Origin: the human T2T-CHM13v2.0 reference genome, Homo sapiens
Length of the DNA: 64,000 bases
Direction: 5' to 3' (one strand)
Assembly (NCBI RefSeq): GCF_009914755.1
Contig: NC_060925.1
A program made the translations under genes and the position numbers. Below, piece by piece: positions 13,864 to 45,998 of this stretch; the stretch's first letter is position 1; every line of letters begins with the position of its first letter. A model generated the notes under the pieces. The model worked only from the letters and a program-made list of their open reading frames with translations. It did not search any database and was not told where the DNA came from.

Positions 13864-14233
13864 TGAGCACTGTTTTTTTTAGGACAGACTGTATTCATTG
13901 TTGCAATCTTCAGCTTTTGGAACATCGTCTAGGACAGAGAAGCTGCACAATATGTATTTATCGAATGAGTGAATGATACTTTTGGGAGAGAAGACAGTGG
14001 GTTGGAGAAATATCTTGGAAGAATTGGAAATTTTAGGTGGACCTTGAAGAAAGGGTAAAATTCAATTAGGACACAAGCAGTGATCAAAAGCATTGAGTTG
14101 GGAACAAAGTGGTAGGATGTGGGAGTTAGTATATAGTAAAAACAACTAAAATATAGAAAGAGATTATGTGTTTAATAGAAATAGGATTGACTAAAGTGAA
14201 TCCACGTTGTATCTGTAAGAGGTCCATCGTTGA

Positions 14234-14813
<580 letters not shown>

Positions 14814-16060
14814 TCATGGTTGAATTTTAGGAGAGCCGTACATCTCCTCCTGATAATACATGCAAAACTTCATGTGTCCATTTTTTTCTGAGTTGAAGTT
14901 TCATAGTTTTCATCCAATTCTCAAAGGTGTTTATAAACCAATAAAGGTTAAGAATCATGTTGTGCATTTGAAAGACTAATAGAAAGGCTTAAGCTTAATG
15001 CTGTAGCAAATTAGTCTTCAAAAGTTTTCTACCATAGCATTCATTAGGAACAGAAGAGGGGGAATGAGACCCTAAGATTTAGAGATGAAGTCTGAAACTT
15101 AGGACTTTATATTTATCTGAACATCATATGTAAATTTTACTATTATGGGACTGGTATTAATGCTTCCTTATAAAAATATATTTAGCCTCATCAGTGATCA
15201 GGGAACCATATTTGGGACCAGTCTGTTCAGTTGGCAAAAATTAAAAAGGCCATCATATCAGAAAGGAGAAGGTAAAATGATTTGTTCACAGACAGCATGA
15301 TCTTTTATGTACAAAACCCTAAAGATTCCACCCAAAAAACCCTGTTAGAACTAAAAAACAAAGTTGCAGGATGCAAAACCACACAAAATTTAGTTGCATT
15401 TCGATGTAAAATTTAAAAAGGAAATCTTAAAAATTCCATTTGCAACAGCATCAGAACTAAAATACTTGTGAATAAATTTAACCAAAGAGGCAAGACTTGT
15501 ACACTGACAACTACAAACATTGCTGAAGCAAATTAAAGAATATAGAAATAAGTGGAATGACGCACTGTGTTCATAGATTGAAACAGTTAATATTAAGATG
15601 TTGATACTACTCAAAGTGATCTACAGATTCATTAGGTAATCCCTGTCAAAATCCCAGTGACTTTTTTTCAGAAATAGAAAAATTCATCCTAAAATGTATA
15701 TGAAAACTCAGAGTACCCCAAATAGCCAAACAATTTTGCAAGAGAACAAAGTTGAAGGTCTCATGCTTCCTGATTTCAAAATTTAACTATAAAGCTACAG
15801 TAATCAAAACACTGTAGTCCTAGCATAAAGACAGACATATAGAATAAAGAACCCAGAACTAAACCCTCACATATATGGTCAATTGATTTTTGACAAGGTT
15901 GTCAAGACCAGTCAATCAATGGAGAAAGGATATCCAGTTTTCTCCATTTTTACATGTGGATATCCAGTTTTCCCAACACCATGTATTTAAAAGATAAATA
16001 ACCTAAATGATAAATCTAAATGTCTAAAAAATAAATAATCTAAAAATATCCAGTTTTTTT

Positions 16061-17580
<1,520 letters not shown>

Positions 17581-18138
17581 AAATAAAGAATTACCATAGG
17601 ATCCAGCAATTCCACTTCTAGTATCTACCAAAAGAATTGAAAGCAGGGACTTCAAAAGATATTTATATATCCATGTTCATGGCAGCATTATTCACAGTAG
17701 CCAAAAGGTGGAAGTATCCCAAGGGTCCATCAATGGATGAATGGATAAAATAATATGGTATATACATACAATGGGATATCATTCTGCCTTGAGAAATTCT
17801 GACATGTGTTATAACATGGATGAACTTTGAAGATACACTAAGTGAGATAAGCTAGCCACAAAAGAACAAATAGTGTATGATTTCTCTAATACCAGAAGTA
17901 AACCAAAAGTATCCAAGACAGGTCTCAATCCATTTAGGAAGTTTATTTTGACAGGGTTAAGGATGTACCTGTAATACAGCCTCAAGTGGTCCCAAGGTGG
18001 TCGGGGTACAGCTTGCTTTTATACGTTTTAGAGAGTCATGAGACATCAATCAATACATGTAAGATGTACATTGGTTTAATCTGGAAAGGCAGGAACACTT
18101 GAAACTGGGGCTTCCAGGTCATAGGTAGATTAAAAAAA

Positions 18139-24236
<6,098 letters not shown>

Positions 24237-24682
24237 ATTTTAAAATGTTCTGATCAGCAGTTGGTTGAAAGAGTTATCAATGAGTGTCTGGGTTACAGTA
24301 AGAAGTTGTAGAGACCAAGGTTTTATCATGCAGATGAAGCCTCCAGGTGGCAGGCTTCACAGAGAATAGACTGTAAATATTTCTTATCAGACTTTAAGAG
24401 TCTGTTCTGTCAGTAATTCCAAAAGAGAGGAGGGTATAATTAGGCATATCCAGCTCCCTGCTTCCATAATGACCTGAGCTAGTTTTTCAAGTTCACTTTG
24501 GAATGCCCTTGGCCGAGAGAAGGCTTCCATTCTGATAGTGTGGGTTGGGGGGAAGAGGGGATGGTGCTTATAATTTTATTTTTGGTTTAAACAGGTATCT
24601 AGAGTAGTCATATCCATCAGGACAAAAAATAGAATGATGGTTTCCTAGGCTGGAGGAGGGGAGAATTGAGAGATATTTTTAG

Positions 24683-25036
<354 letters not shown>

Positions 25037-25325
25037 TAGAGATGGATGGTGGTAATGGTTGTACAGCAGTGTGCATGTACTGAATGTCTCTGAACTATAT
25101 ACTTAAAAATGTTTAAAATGGTAAACCTGATATATATATGTTAAAGAAATGTTTAAAGTTGGCCCATATCTGGAGGATACAGATCATCAGAATATCTTAA
25201 TCATTGCTGGTGGGAGTGTAAATTGGTATAGCGCTTTTGGAACAATTTGGCGTTATCCTGTAAAGATAAACATTTCCATGCCCTTTGACCTGCCATTTTG
25301 CTCCTAGGCATATACATAAAAGAAA

Positions 25326-26293
<968 letters not shown>

Positions 26294-27589
26294 AGTTCAA
26301 AAAAACTTTTTAACGAGTATCAGGTCATGCATACAAGAGTGTTCATGTGAGCACTCTTTTTAATACCAAAACCTGAAAACAACCCAAATGCCCATTAACA
26401 GGCAAGGGAATAGACAAATTAATTAGAAGCTCCTGGAGGACAGGGACCACCTCTACAAAAAATAAAAAATCAGTACCTTCCCCATCTCACACAGTGTCCC
26501 AGGACCCTGCAGGGCAGTGGAGGTGCACCCATAAATAAATAAGGATATATTTATATCCACTCCAAGTGAATGTACCATAATTATATGCCATAATGTGGAT
26601 TAATCCTAGCAATATAGTATTAAGTGAAAAGCATATGTCCTTAAAGATTACATATAAAGTTAATAACATCTAAACACTCCCTCCCCCCAAAAAAACCCCA
26701 CTCTTTTTGAATATATTTACATGTGACATTAAAAGGGAAAACAGAATGATTTCAGTAGTGTTACCTTGGAATGGGGAAGAGGCTGGGTGATACAACTGAA
26801 GATCAAACAGGTGAATATGAATGGAAATTCATTTCCTAGTTTTCATGTTGGTGATAATGTCAAGTGTATTTGTTGTATTATTTTAAATGAATGAATGAAT
26901 GAATGAAGGATTGAGGGTCTTGAATGCACCAACAATGAGAATGTGTCATGAGTCGAGAATAATGATGTATCTAATTCTATGCATCTGTGCATCTGAAGGG
27001 GCCTTAGAAAATGCATTCTGTATCTGTTTGATATAAATAAGGGGAAGATGGTGGGGGGGGGAGTGATGTTTTAAATTACTCAGCATCAAATAAAATGGAT
27101 ACTCTGGAAAAATGTGTCACATTTCTCCTGTGGTTTCTAGTACCCTCTGACCAATTGCCACTTTTGCCTGGGCATTTAAGCATCCCAATTTTAGGAGACT
27201 GGTGATAGTGGAAAGTCAGTGAAACATCTTAAGCTTGCATAAGAATTTTGCAAAACAAGCAGTGTTTCTTTTTTAAAAAAAAAATTAGTCTGGAAGCCTT
27301 ATATCAGATAGATTCATTTGGGAGAGAGATCACATTCAGGGAAACCAACTATTAGGCTGTCACTATAACACAATTTTTAGTGAGGAATCCCTTGACCAAG
27401 TAAGTAGTATCAGCAGAAATTAAGAAGAAAGAGCAAATCCAAGAGCATTGGTGGTTCATAGAATTAAAGATATTGTGGTTCTTAGAATTAAACAAGATGT
27501 GCCAGTTATAAACAAACAAAATAATTAAAAGATGAGGTGAATAAGAGAATACATCAACAATTCTAAGGTTTCTATTCGGGCATTTCAAG

Positions 27590-27771
27590 ATCTTATATGG
27601 CCTTATACAATTCTCTTTAGAAAAAGAATACATAATTATGACTCAAAATTAGGTACAAAAGTGAATATTTATTTAGAAGGGGCCAATGCAAATGAGCAGC
27701 CCACTCATTTGTTTAATTTTAACAAATGTCTGAAGTTTAATGTTATTAACTTCATGGTAAATTTGTCTCTG
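27590..27771. mobile_element. MER45-like hAT DNA transposon remnant
   Basis: AAAATTAGGTACAAAAGTGAATATTTATTTAGAA and TTCATGGTAAATTTGTCTCTG resemble the recalled consensus. Confidence 0.5.
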
Positions 27772-28330
27772 GATTTTAACCTGATATTGTGACAAGCCTG
27801 CCATAGAGTGGTTGGGAAGACCTCCTTCATTGGGAAAGGAAAATATAAAAACTTCAGTTTGACTAAACTTTTATGATCTTAGAGTCAGAAGGGGGCCTTA
27901 GAAAATGCATAAATACCTAAACAAATCCACATTCCTTTTCTCATGCATGAGTTGAGGCAGTCTTAATAGAAGCCTAAAATCTGAGGTGACCTTGCGCATT
28001 ACAAATACACACTGTCATGCTTACTCAATATTCCCATGATACATTGTTGGCCAATAATCCATTTTTGCTCACTGTTTAAACTCTTACCCTTCACCTTAGT
28101 GATTTACTCTGCTACCAAAAAAGACACTGATTTTATTCACACAGAAACATAAATATCATAAGCAATACTGTTGAATGTTCAGAGCTTCAGGTCCCTGACT
28201 CTAGGCCTTTTCAGGAGCTCCATCTCAAATTGACTTACACTTCTATCACAGGGCCTGTTCTATAATGGATACTCAAAAATAACTGTGAAAGAGATGAAAT
28301 GCATACTCTGTTTACAAAAGCACAGGAGAT

Positions 28331-28686
<356 letters not shown>

Positions 28687-29679
28687 TTAGAGGGAAATGA
28701 CTCTAAAAGGCTAGCCAGACTTCTTTCATTCACTTCAACATGATTCTCTCATTTTTGTGTGGTCTGTTCTCAGTGTTCTCTCTTGAACCCTGTGGGAATC
28801 ATTTCTTTCATGTGTTCTGAACATGGGAAAGGTCAATTGGCTAATTCAGATAAAACCTCCTGAAGTGACTATACCGTGATGATCTTACCTCTATGTGAGG
28901 CCTGATCTTCAACTTTGAAAGTTTAGAAAATTGATTATATGGGTTCATACAATAGTGATCAGCCTCCAAGAAATTTAATTGAAAGAAAGTGACTTTATCA
29001 ATGGCATTTAGACTAATGCTTACCACATAGTAGGTGCTCAGTAACTGTTGGTTAAGTTAATGACTGAAAGAAGAGACAACTAAATGAAAGTTGGTTGGAG
29101 ATAACAGATACTTTAGTATACATAGAGGACTTTTGAAAAGCTGGAAAAATAGGTCAAACTTTGAATTGCAGATAAACACAAATCCAAACTTGATTCAGAA
29201 GACAGTAGGAATGGGGCCTTTGAAGATTTTAGAGCCAAAAGAAGTGACACGATCAAAGTGGTGCCTTAGGAAAATTAATTTGGCAGTACAATTCAGGATG
29301 GATGGCAGGTTAGCAGACTATTATTGAAGTATAGGCATACAGAAAACAAGAGCCAGAACTGGGGTGTTATTGAAAAAAAAAAAGACGAATACAAGGAACT
29401 AGAAAAGTAATTCACAGGACTAATTTGACATGGTTTGGAGGATAGGAAAAGAAGAGAAATGATGAAAATTATTCGGTATTTCTAGAGTAGCAGATGGAAG
29501 AATGGATCTGTAACAACAACAAAAATATAAGCTCAGCTTGGTCTTGTATGCTCTTTGTCAATCTTTTTATTTATCCCCTTCGTTAAATCCCTGTCCAATT
29601 CCCTTTTTGGAATCTTTCCTACCTCTCTCACATCACTTACCACATTGGAGGTCATCTCATTTTTATTCAATAACCACAC

Positions 29680-31564
29680 TTCTTTCTTCTCAGAAATGTA
29701 ATTTGTGGTAAATTCTCTCTTGCGCCTGTGTTTCATTTTGGACCTTTTCTGGTGTTTTCACTAATATATTGTTACTTTTATCCAGTGTATTTTTCACCTA
29801 AGAAATTGTAGTTTTCATTTCTAGGAGTTCAGTTTGGGCCTTTTTAATATCTTTCCTGTCTTTACTTAACCATATTTAGTCTTTCCTCTAGCTTTTTCAC
29901 AATATGGAATGCAGTTATAATACTGTTTTATACTGTTTTTAACTACCTTCCTTTATCCAAAAATCTCAACTAACTCCAAGTAGGATATATATAATAAGAA
30001 AGCCATGTAAAGGCACATTATAATCAGATTGCTGACCACTGCTAATGAAAAGAAAACTGAACAACAGTTAGAAGTAAAGATTAGCCAATCATGGTGGCTC
30101 ATACTGTAATCCCAGCACTTTGGGAGGCTGAGGCAGGAGAATGGCTTGACCCCAGGAGTTCAAAACCAGCCTGGCAACATAGTGAGACCCTGTCTCTACA
30201 AAAAATTTAAAATTTTAATAATTAGCCAGGTGTGGTAGTCTCGGCTATTCAGGAGGCTGTGGCAGGAGGCTTGCTTGAGCCCAAGATTTTGAGGCCGCAG
30301 TGAGCTATGATCACACCACTGCACTCCAGCCTAGGTGACAGCAAGATACAGACTCTAAAAAAATTAAAATTATAAATAAGACAAAAACATGTATATGCAT
30401 TTGATTCAGAGCTTCAAAATATATTAAGGAAAAACTGACAGATCTGAAGGAAAAAATAGATAAATCCATATTTATACCTAGATTACAAGTAGACAGAAAA
30501 TCAGTAAGGATATAAAAGACTTGAAAAATGTTATTAGCAAAATAGATTTTAGATCTAAATGTAAAAAAATGAAACCATATAAGCCCTAGGAAAAAACAGG
30601 ATGAATTCCTTTAGAACTGGGAGAAGGGAAAATCTTTTCTTAATTATTACTCAAAATCAGAAGAAATCATAATAAAGGCTGACAATTTTAAAAACATAAG
30701 GATTAAAGTAAAAAACATTTGCATGGGTATAGAAAGACCATAAGCATAGCAAAAGACAAATGAAAAACAGAAGATAATTGCAGCTTGTACCACAGACAAA
30801 AGGCTGATTTGCCTTAAAAACTGAGAAGATTACTCTAAAAGTATGATAGGACAATGGATAAAATTCACAAATAGTTCACAAAAAAAGATAGCAAATGCTC
30901 CTTAAATATATGAAAAGATAATTGAGCTCACTCGTAGTAAGAGAAAGTTCATTGAAAGCAACACTAATACATTATTCCTTAGCTATCATTTTATCTCAAC
31001 TATCAAATTGTCAGAAATCCAGAAATGTGACAGCACATTCTGTTAGCATGGCTGTGAATTATCAGACACTCTCATACATTACCAATGGCAATGCAAAATT
31101 ATACAACCCCATAAAAGAGAATTAGCATTATCTAATTACATATGCCAATCAACTTTCAGGAAACTACCTTGAAGAGACATTTCCATATATAAAAGTATAT
31201 TTCAAAGATGTTTCATTGTAACGTAATTTGTAATAGCAATGGATTAGAAACAACCTAAATGTCCATCAGTATGGGATTATTGAATAAGCTCTAGTATTCA
31301 CTATTTAACTCAGAGCTTGAATTTAGCATCACTAAACCTGACATTATGTGCCTTCTGGTAAGATGTATTATGAAATATATAGCATTACCTATAAATAATT
31401 CTTGTCAAGCTCATTTTCATCTGAATTTAATCAAGATTTTAGGCTTAACTCCTAGTTTTCAGGAAATACAGAGGGTACAGGGATTAGATAGTAACACCAT
31501 GAAGAAATAATTAGACAAATCCAGAATGTGGTGCATGCCACAAGAAAATAGGTCTACTCTCTCC

Positions 31565-31595
<31 letters not shown>

Positions 31596-32500
31596 ATGTT
31601 ATGGAGAAAAAAATGTGAGGATATGCTCTAGATTTTACAAGTCTGAGAAGACAAAAAAGTGCTATGAGAGAAACTTCATTAGTTCTTGTTCATATTAAGC
31701 AGGTATAAGAGATATTTTGGGGACAGTTGGGGAAACTGGAATACAGATTGAAAGATTATTTTAGGGAATTCATATTGTGGTTACATAGGGGTATGTCCTT
31801 ATCCTTACAACAGGCATATTATAGCATTTAGGGTGAAGTTTGATGTCTGCTGTTTATTTTAAAATGATTCCAAAAAAGTAAGAAAAAGCAGATATTGCAA
31901 AAAATGCTAGTAATTGTTGGATCTACATGATATACACTTGTTCATTGTATTGCTCTCTCAACATTTCTGTTTGAATGTTTTTATTAAAATATTGAAATTT
32001 TTCACTATAATTAGTCTAAGTGGAGGTTTTTTCTTCTCTATATTGCAGGCACTTTGTGAAGCCTTTCAATCTGAGGACTTTCACCTTTCTTTAGTTCTAG
32101 GATATTCTTGTCATTTCTCCAGATATTCTCTCCCCTCCATTTTTTTCTGTCTTGGATTCATGTTGCATATATTGGTTTCAACATTACCATTTCCTGACTC
32201 CATATGGTTTTTCTTTCATATTTTACCTTAAAAATTTTTTTTTAAAGATTCTTCTTAGCGTTTCCGACCTTATTTCCTAGCTCACAAGTTTGTTCTTTGG
32301 ATTTACTCATTTTTCACATTACTCCTTTCATTGAGTGCTTTTCTTTCAGTCATTATATGTTTGAGTCCCAGCATAATTTTCTTGTTCTTTTTTCCTTTTC
32401 CCAATATCCTCTCTTAACTCTTTAAGGATATTTAATATGTTTGTTTTAAATTCTTGTTCTGTTTGGTCTATTAATTCTCTGTTAGAATGTTTCATTTTGT
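29680..32500. mobile_element. Patchwork of old L1M fragments with an AluJ at 30080-30365
   Basis: A-rich degenerate L1 ORF2/3'UTR motifs on both strands. Confidence 0.6.
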
Positions 32501-32729
32501 TTTTCCTGTACAATGCCTGTTCTCCTCAGATATTTGGACTGGACAATCTCCTATCATCTGCCCATCACCCCCACTTAACTTCTGTCGGGGAACTCTGTCC
32601 CTCATGGAGCTTGCTTCTCTGCTCTGCTCTCTCCTAAGAGCTGCCTTCTTGCATTCACTTGAGGTGAGGGGAGGTGGGGAAGGATCCAGAGGAAAAAAAT
32701 GGAGCCAACTAGTCTGCCTGCACCTATAA

Positions 32730-33062
<333 letters not shown>

Positions 33063-33417
33063 CTCCTCCTCCAGGTTCTAACACTGCCCCAATATTGCCT
33101 TGACACTAGCCTGATGGTGGTATTAGTGATATTTTTCTTCCACACAGTAGAGAAAGAGTAAGCAATGATGTGCCCAGTTCAATGTAGGGGAGAAAGAAAA
33201 AGAAAAACCCAAGTAAATTCTCATCTGGAATATCTATTTTCATGACACTGGTGCTCTTAGTTGTTCAGACTGCTATTTCCTTCCATTCAGAAACTGACAG
33301 ACTCTTTTTACTCCCAACGGTTTCTTACAGTAAGCATCCTCACAGTTGGGTTGAAGGAGGAAGACATGGTAATTTTCCGTCTTGTTCCCAAAGGGTCATT
33401 TTTGAAAGACATTTTAC

Positions 33418-33722
33418 TTTTTTTTTTTCCTCTCAGAGACAGAGCCTCACTCTGTTGCCCAGGCTGAAGTGTAGTGGTGCAATCATGGCTTACTGCAGCC
33501 TTGAATTCCTGAGCTCAAGCTATCCTCCCACCTCAGCCTCCTCAGTAGCTGGGAATACAGGCACACACCACCACCCCTGGCTAATTTTTAAATTTTTCTG
33601 TAGACACGAGGTCTCGCTATGTTGCCCTGGCTGGTCTCAAACTCCTGGGCTCAAGCAATCCTTCTGCCTTTGCCTCCCAAAGTGCTGGGATTACAGGCAT
33701 GAGCCAGAGTGCCCAGCCTGGG
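33418..33722 (-). mobile_element. AluJ
   Basis: Dimeric Alu. Confidence 0.85.
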
Positions 33723-34609
33723 AATCATAACAAACTGTACAGCCACTGCACTTGGCCTGATATTTTACTTTTGAATCCTTTTCCTTTCAAATCATTTTCT
33801 TGTGAAGTGTCAGTTTATGCCACCACTGTTGTTGATTTTCTCTTCTACAATTATTGTCTAGTTCCACAACATCCTTATTTTTGTCAGCAGCTTTGCTTAT
33901 GATTTGAGCAGCTCTCAATTACTGTTTTCTCTGACTTTCTGAAAAATCCTACATCTTTTGCAAGAGATTTTCAATTTGACTTTTCAAACAGTTTGGAATA
34001 AATTTGCAAATAGATGAATGGGGACAGAAAGATATATAAGGAGGGATGCTTAAGAACTAATTTTACAAATGATTGGGTCGTTGGCAAATATATATTAGTT
34101 AACTTTTGCTTCTTAGTGCAATCTCTTAACTGTGGGGACTTTTCTAATGAGACCTTGACTATAAAGTACCCCCTACAGGCATTTAATAGGGCGATGGTGA
34201 GTCTTATATGAGCTAATGTCCATGAATCACTTAGCATTTGTTCCTGGCACAAGTAGAGTTGGTTACTTAATGCTTTGTGTTGCTGCTGTGTACTGTAATA
34301 CCACATCACACAGTATTATAATTGCTTAATTATTTATACACCTATATTTCCTAAGAATCTGTAATTCCTAAAAGGTAAAAATGATTTCTAATCAATCTTT
34401 GTACTCCTAATACCCAATAAAGTGCACTTCATATATGGTAGACATTCAAAACATATTGAGTCAGTAAATGAAGGAAGGAATGAATAGCTATTTCCCTCAT
34501 CTACTTACCCTCCCCCACTCAAAAGCTATTTCTTCTAGGCCCTGAAACAATTTTATTTTTTGCTTTTAATTTAAAAGGTTTTTGTTTGTTTGCTTGTTTG
34601 ATTTGAGGC

Positions 34610-35285
34610 AGATTTGATTTTTTTGAGACAGGGTCTCACTCTGTCACCCAGGCTGGAGTGCAGTGGCCCAAGCATGGCTTACTACAGTCTTAACCTTCCA
34701 GGCTCAAGTGATCCTCTCATCTCAGCCTCCTGAGTAGCTGGGACCCCAGGTGTGTGCCATCACTCCTAGCTAATTTTTATTTATTATTTGTAGAGACGCA
34801 ATCTCCCTGTGTTGCTCAGGCTGATCTCGAACTCCTGGACTCAAATGGTTCTCTCGCCTCAACCTCCCAAAATGCTGAGAGAGTATAGGCAGGAGCCGCC
34901 ATGCCCAGCTTTTTTTTTTTTTAATGAGGCAAATATCTGTATACTAATATGAAATATCCTCCAAGATATAGTAATTGTTTTTATTATTTATTTATTTATT
35001 TATTTTTTGAGACTGAGTGTCGCTCTATCACCCAGGCTGGAGTGCAGTGGCAGGATCTGCATTCACTGCAACCTCTGCCTCCCTGGGTCAAGTGATTCTC
35101 ATGCCTCAGCTGCCTGAGTAACTGGGATTACAGGCACCCGCCACCATGCCCAGATAATTTTGGTATTTTTAGTAGAGACGGTTTCGCCATGTTGGCCAGG
35201 CTGGTCTTGAACTCCTGACTCAAGTGATCCACCCGCCTTGACCTCCCAAAGTGCTGTGATTACAGGCATGAGCCACTGCGCCTAG
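34610..35285 (-). mobile_element. AluJ (34610-34909) and AluS (34980-35285)
   Basis: Alu consensus; the second has TSD AGTAATTGTTTTTA. Confidence 0.85.
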
Positions 35286-36002
35286 CAGTAATTGTTTTTA
35301 AATGCAGAATAGTCTGTGGCATATGCTACTATTGTGTGTGTGTGTGTGTGATATGCATAGACTATCTTAAGAAAACATGAGAAACCAGTAAGAGTGACTG
35401 CCTTTGGGGAGGAACAATGGAAACCACATGGGAAAGATTTACTTTTTTCCTGTATACTCTTTAGTATTTTTTTTTTACCTTGTGCACATATTACCTATTC
35501 TGTCTATATGTATTTTTTAATTTTACTTTACAATTTTTCTTTACCATTTCTGAGACCTAAAATAACTGGTAAATGGGAGGAGTGGGAAGATGTTGGAAGA
35601 TGATAAATTTAGGTTAGAGAAGTATTTAAATATGGGTTTGTTACTTGCATATATAGAAACATATAAGAGTTTAAAAATGTTTGTTCTAGTCTTCATTTAC
35701 CTAAAGGCTTACATGTTGCATATTTAAAATTGGCCTAACGATTACAGAGAACTAAAAATTAGATTGGACCTAACAGTTACGCTTTTTGTGTTTCTAAATG
35801 ATTTCATACTTTTCATCACATAATCTGCCTTTTCTATGAACTTTGCACCTCTGGCCACACCAGGTTTTGTTTCTGTGACTTTTCATTCCAACCATAGGTG
35901 TTGCTGTTACTCTTGCATATATAACCTATAAACATGCTGAAATATCCCAAATTTTAAAAACTATATATAATTTAAGATTTCTTCCTGAAACATGGTAGAC
36001 CT

Positions 36003-36410
36003 TGTCAGTCCCCTGCCCGCCTTTGGGTCTATTGTATTTATGCTAGCAACTTCCAGGTGCTGAAGATCTTCTGGCAACAGAAGCCTCTGCCCCTTTAGGG
36101 AGGCCAATCAGCAACTGAAGAGAATTAAGGTCTCTTGGGAACAGCCCTGAACCAATGACTGGCAGAGTTGGTTTATAAACACCCCAGCACCCTTCCCAGG
36201 TGGGATAACTCAGAAATACTTATCTTCACTGACTCCCAGAGTTCCATTTAACCACAGTGACAACCGGCTTCATAACTTGGTGGCCATCCCTTCCCTTTTT
36301 CAGTTTCCCACATTCTTCTACTGGTATTTTCTGGAATCTCCTCCAAAATAAACTATTTACATTCAAATCCTTATCTCAAGGTCTGTTTGTGGGGAATCTG
36401 AATTAACACA
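36003..36410 (+). mobile_element. LTR16-like ERVL solo LTR
   Basis: TGT...ACA termini; AATAAACTATTTACATTCAAATCCTTATCTCAAGGTCTG end motif. Confidence 0.6.
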
Positions 36411-36608
36411 TAAGGGCTGAAATCAGGTGAGATATACTATCCTAGATGCTTTTAGAGCTATCAAATACCAGAAGTGAAGGAGGCCTTAAGGATTATTTAT
36501 TCTTTTTTCTTCTGTTTGTAAATGATTTCATTACTTTAAACCCTGAGAAGCTAAGGAAGGGATTGTCTATTCTAATCAAACCACATTGCTCAATATGGGA
36601 TGTCTGTA

Positions 36609-40135
<3,527 letters not shown>

Positions 40136-40461
40136 CAAAGAGAGAGAAGAGAATAGAGGAGAAAAAGGACCTTATATTTAGGTCCTTACATTTAAGGACC
40201 TTACATTAAGGATCTAAATATAAGACCTAAAATTAATAAACTCCTAGAAGAAAATGTGGGGGGAAAGCTTCATAACATTGGACTTGGCAATGATTTCTAG
40301 GATATAACACCAAAAGCACAGACAACAAAAGCAAAAATAGACAAATGGGACTACATCAAACTTAAAAACTTTTGTGTATCAAAGGACACAATTAACAGAG
40401 TGAAAAAGGCAACCTACAGAATGGGAGAAAAAAATTTGCAAATCATATATTTGATAAGGTG

Positions 40462-40882
40462 TGTTAAAGCAAACTAAATATGGCCTGAGAAGGACTCCGT
40501 ATTTCTATATTTGGGTCCTGGTAACCTAACTTAATAGGTGGACAAGATTGAAAACCTAACTTAGGAGTATGCACCTGTAACAATAGCTGAGTCTTGGCCA
40601 ATCCCAGAAGCCATACTTCCACCACTCATACACTGCTGAATGTTCAAACTGTATTCAAATAAGGCAAATGCTGAGGTGTAACCAATCCAGTTGTTTCTGT
40701 ACCTCACTTCTGATTTCTGTATGTCACTTCCCTTTCTTTGTCTATAAATTTGTTCTGACCACAAGGTATCCCTGAAGTCTTTCTGAATCTGCTGTGATTC
40801 TGGGGACTTCCCGATTTGCAAATTATTAATTGCTCAATTAAACTCCTTTAAATTTAATTTGGCTGAAGTTTTTATTTTAATA
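40462..40882 (+). mobile_element. MER57-like ERV1 solo LTR
   Basis: TGTTAAAGCAAACTAAATATGGCCTGAG start; 4-bp TSD GGTG (40458-40461 / 40883-40886). Confidence 0.8.
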
Positions 40883-41211
40883 GGTGTTAATTTCCAAAAT
40901 ATATAAAGTACTCCTATAATTCAACAACAAAAAGTAATATAACCCCATTAGAGAATGGGCAAAGCAGTTTGGAGATTTCCCAAAGAACTGAGAACTACCA
41001 TCTGACTCAGCAATCTCATTACTGGGTATATACCCAAAGGAATATAAATCATTCTACCATAAAGACACATGCACGTGTGTGTTCATTGTAGCACTATTCA
41101 CAATAGCAAAGACATGGAATCAACCTAAGTGTCCATCAGTGGTGGACTGGATAAAGAAATGTGGTACACATATACCGTGGAATACTATGGAGCCATAAAA
41201 AAGAATGAGAT

Positions 41212-45131
<3,920 letters not shown>

Positions 45132-45668
45132 AAAAAAGAATGAGATCATTTCTTTTGCTAGAACATGGATGGAGCTGAAGGCCATTATCCTAGTCAAACT
45201 AGCATAGAAAACCAAATACCACATGTTATCACTTATAAGTGGGAGCTAAACATTGAGTACACATGGACACAAAGAAAGGAACAATAAATACGAGGGCCTA
45301 CTTGAGGGTGAAAGGTGGCAAGAAGGTGAGGGTCTAAAAAACTACCTACTGAGTACTATGCTTATTACCTGGGTGAGGAAATAATCTATACACCAAACCC
45401 CTGCAACATGCAATTTATCCATGTAACAAACCTGCACATGTATGCCCGAACCTAAAATAAAAGTTGGAAAGAAAAAATAATAAATAAATAAAATCAGTGA
45501 TAGGGAAACAGAAAAAAAAAGAATAGGCAGAAGACTTGAATAGACATTTCTCTGACGATGCTATACAAATGGCCAATAAGTATATGAAAAAATGCACAAC
45601 ATCACTAAATCAACAGAGAAATGCAAAACAACAACAACAACAAAACAAAACAAAATAAACCACAATGA

Positions 45669-45998
<330 letters not shown>

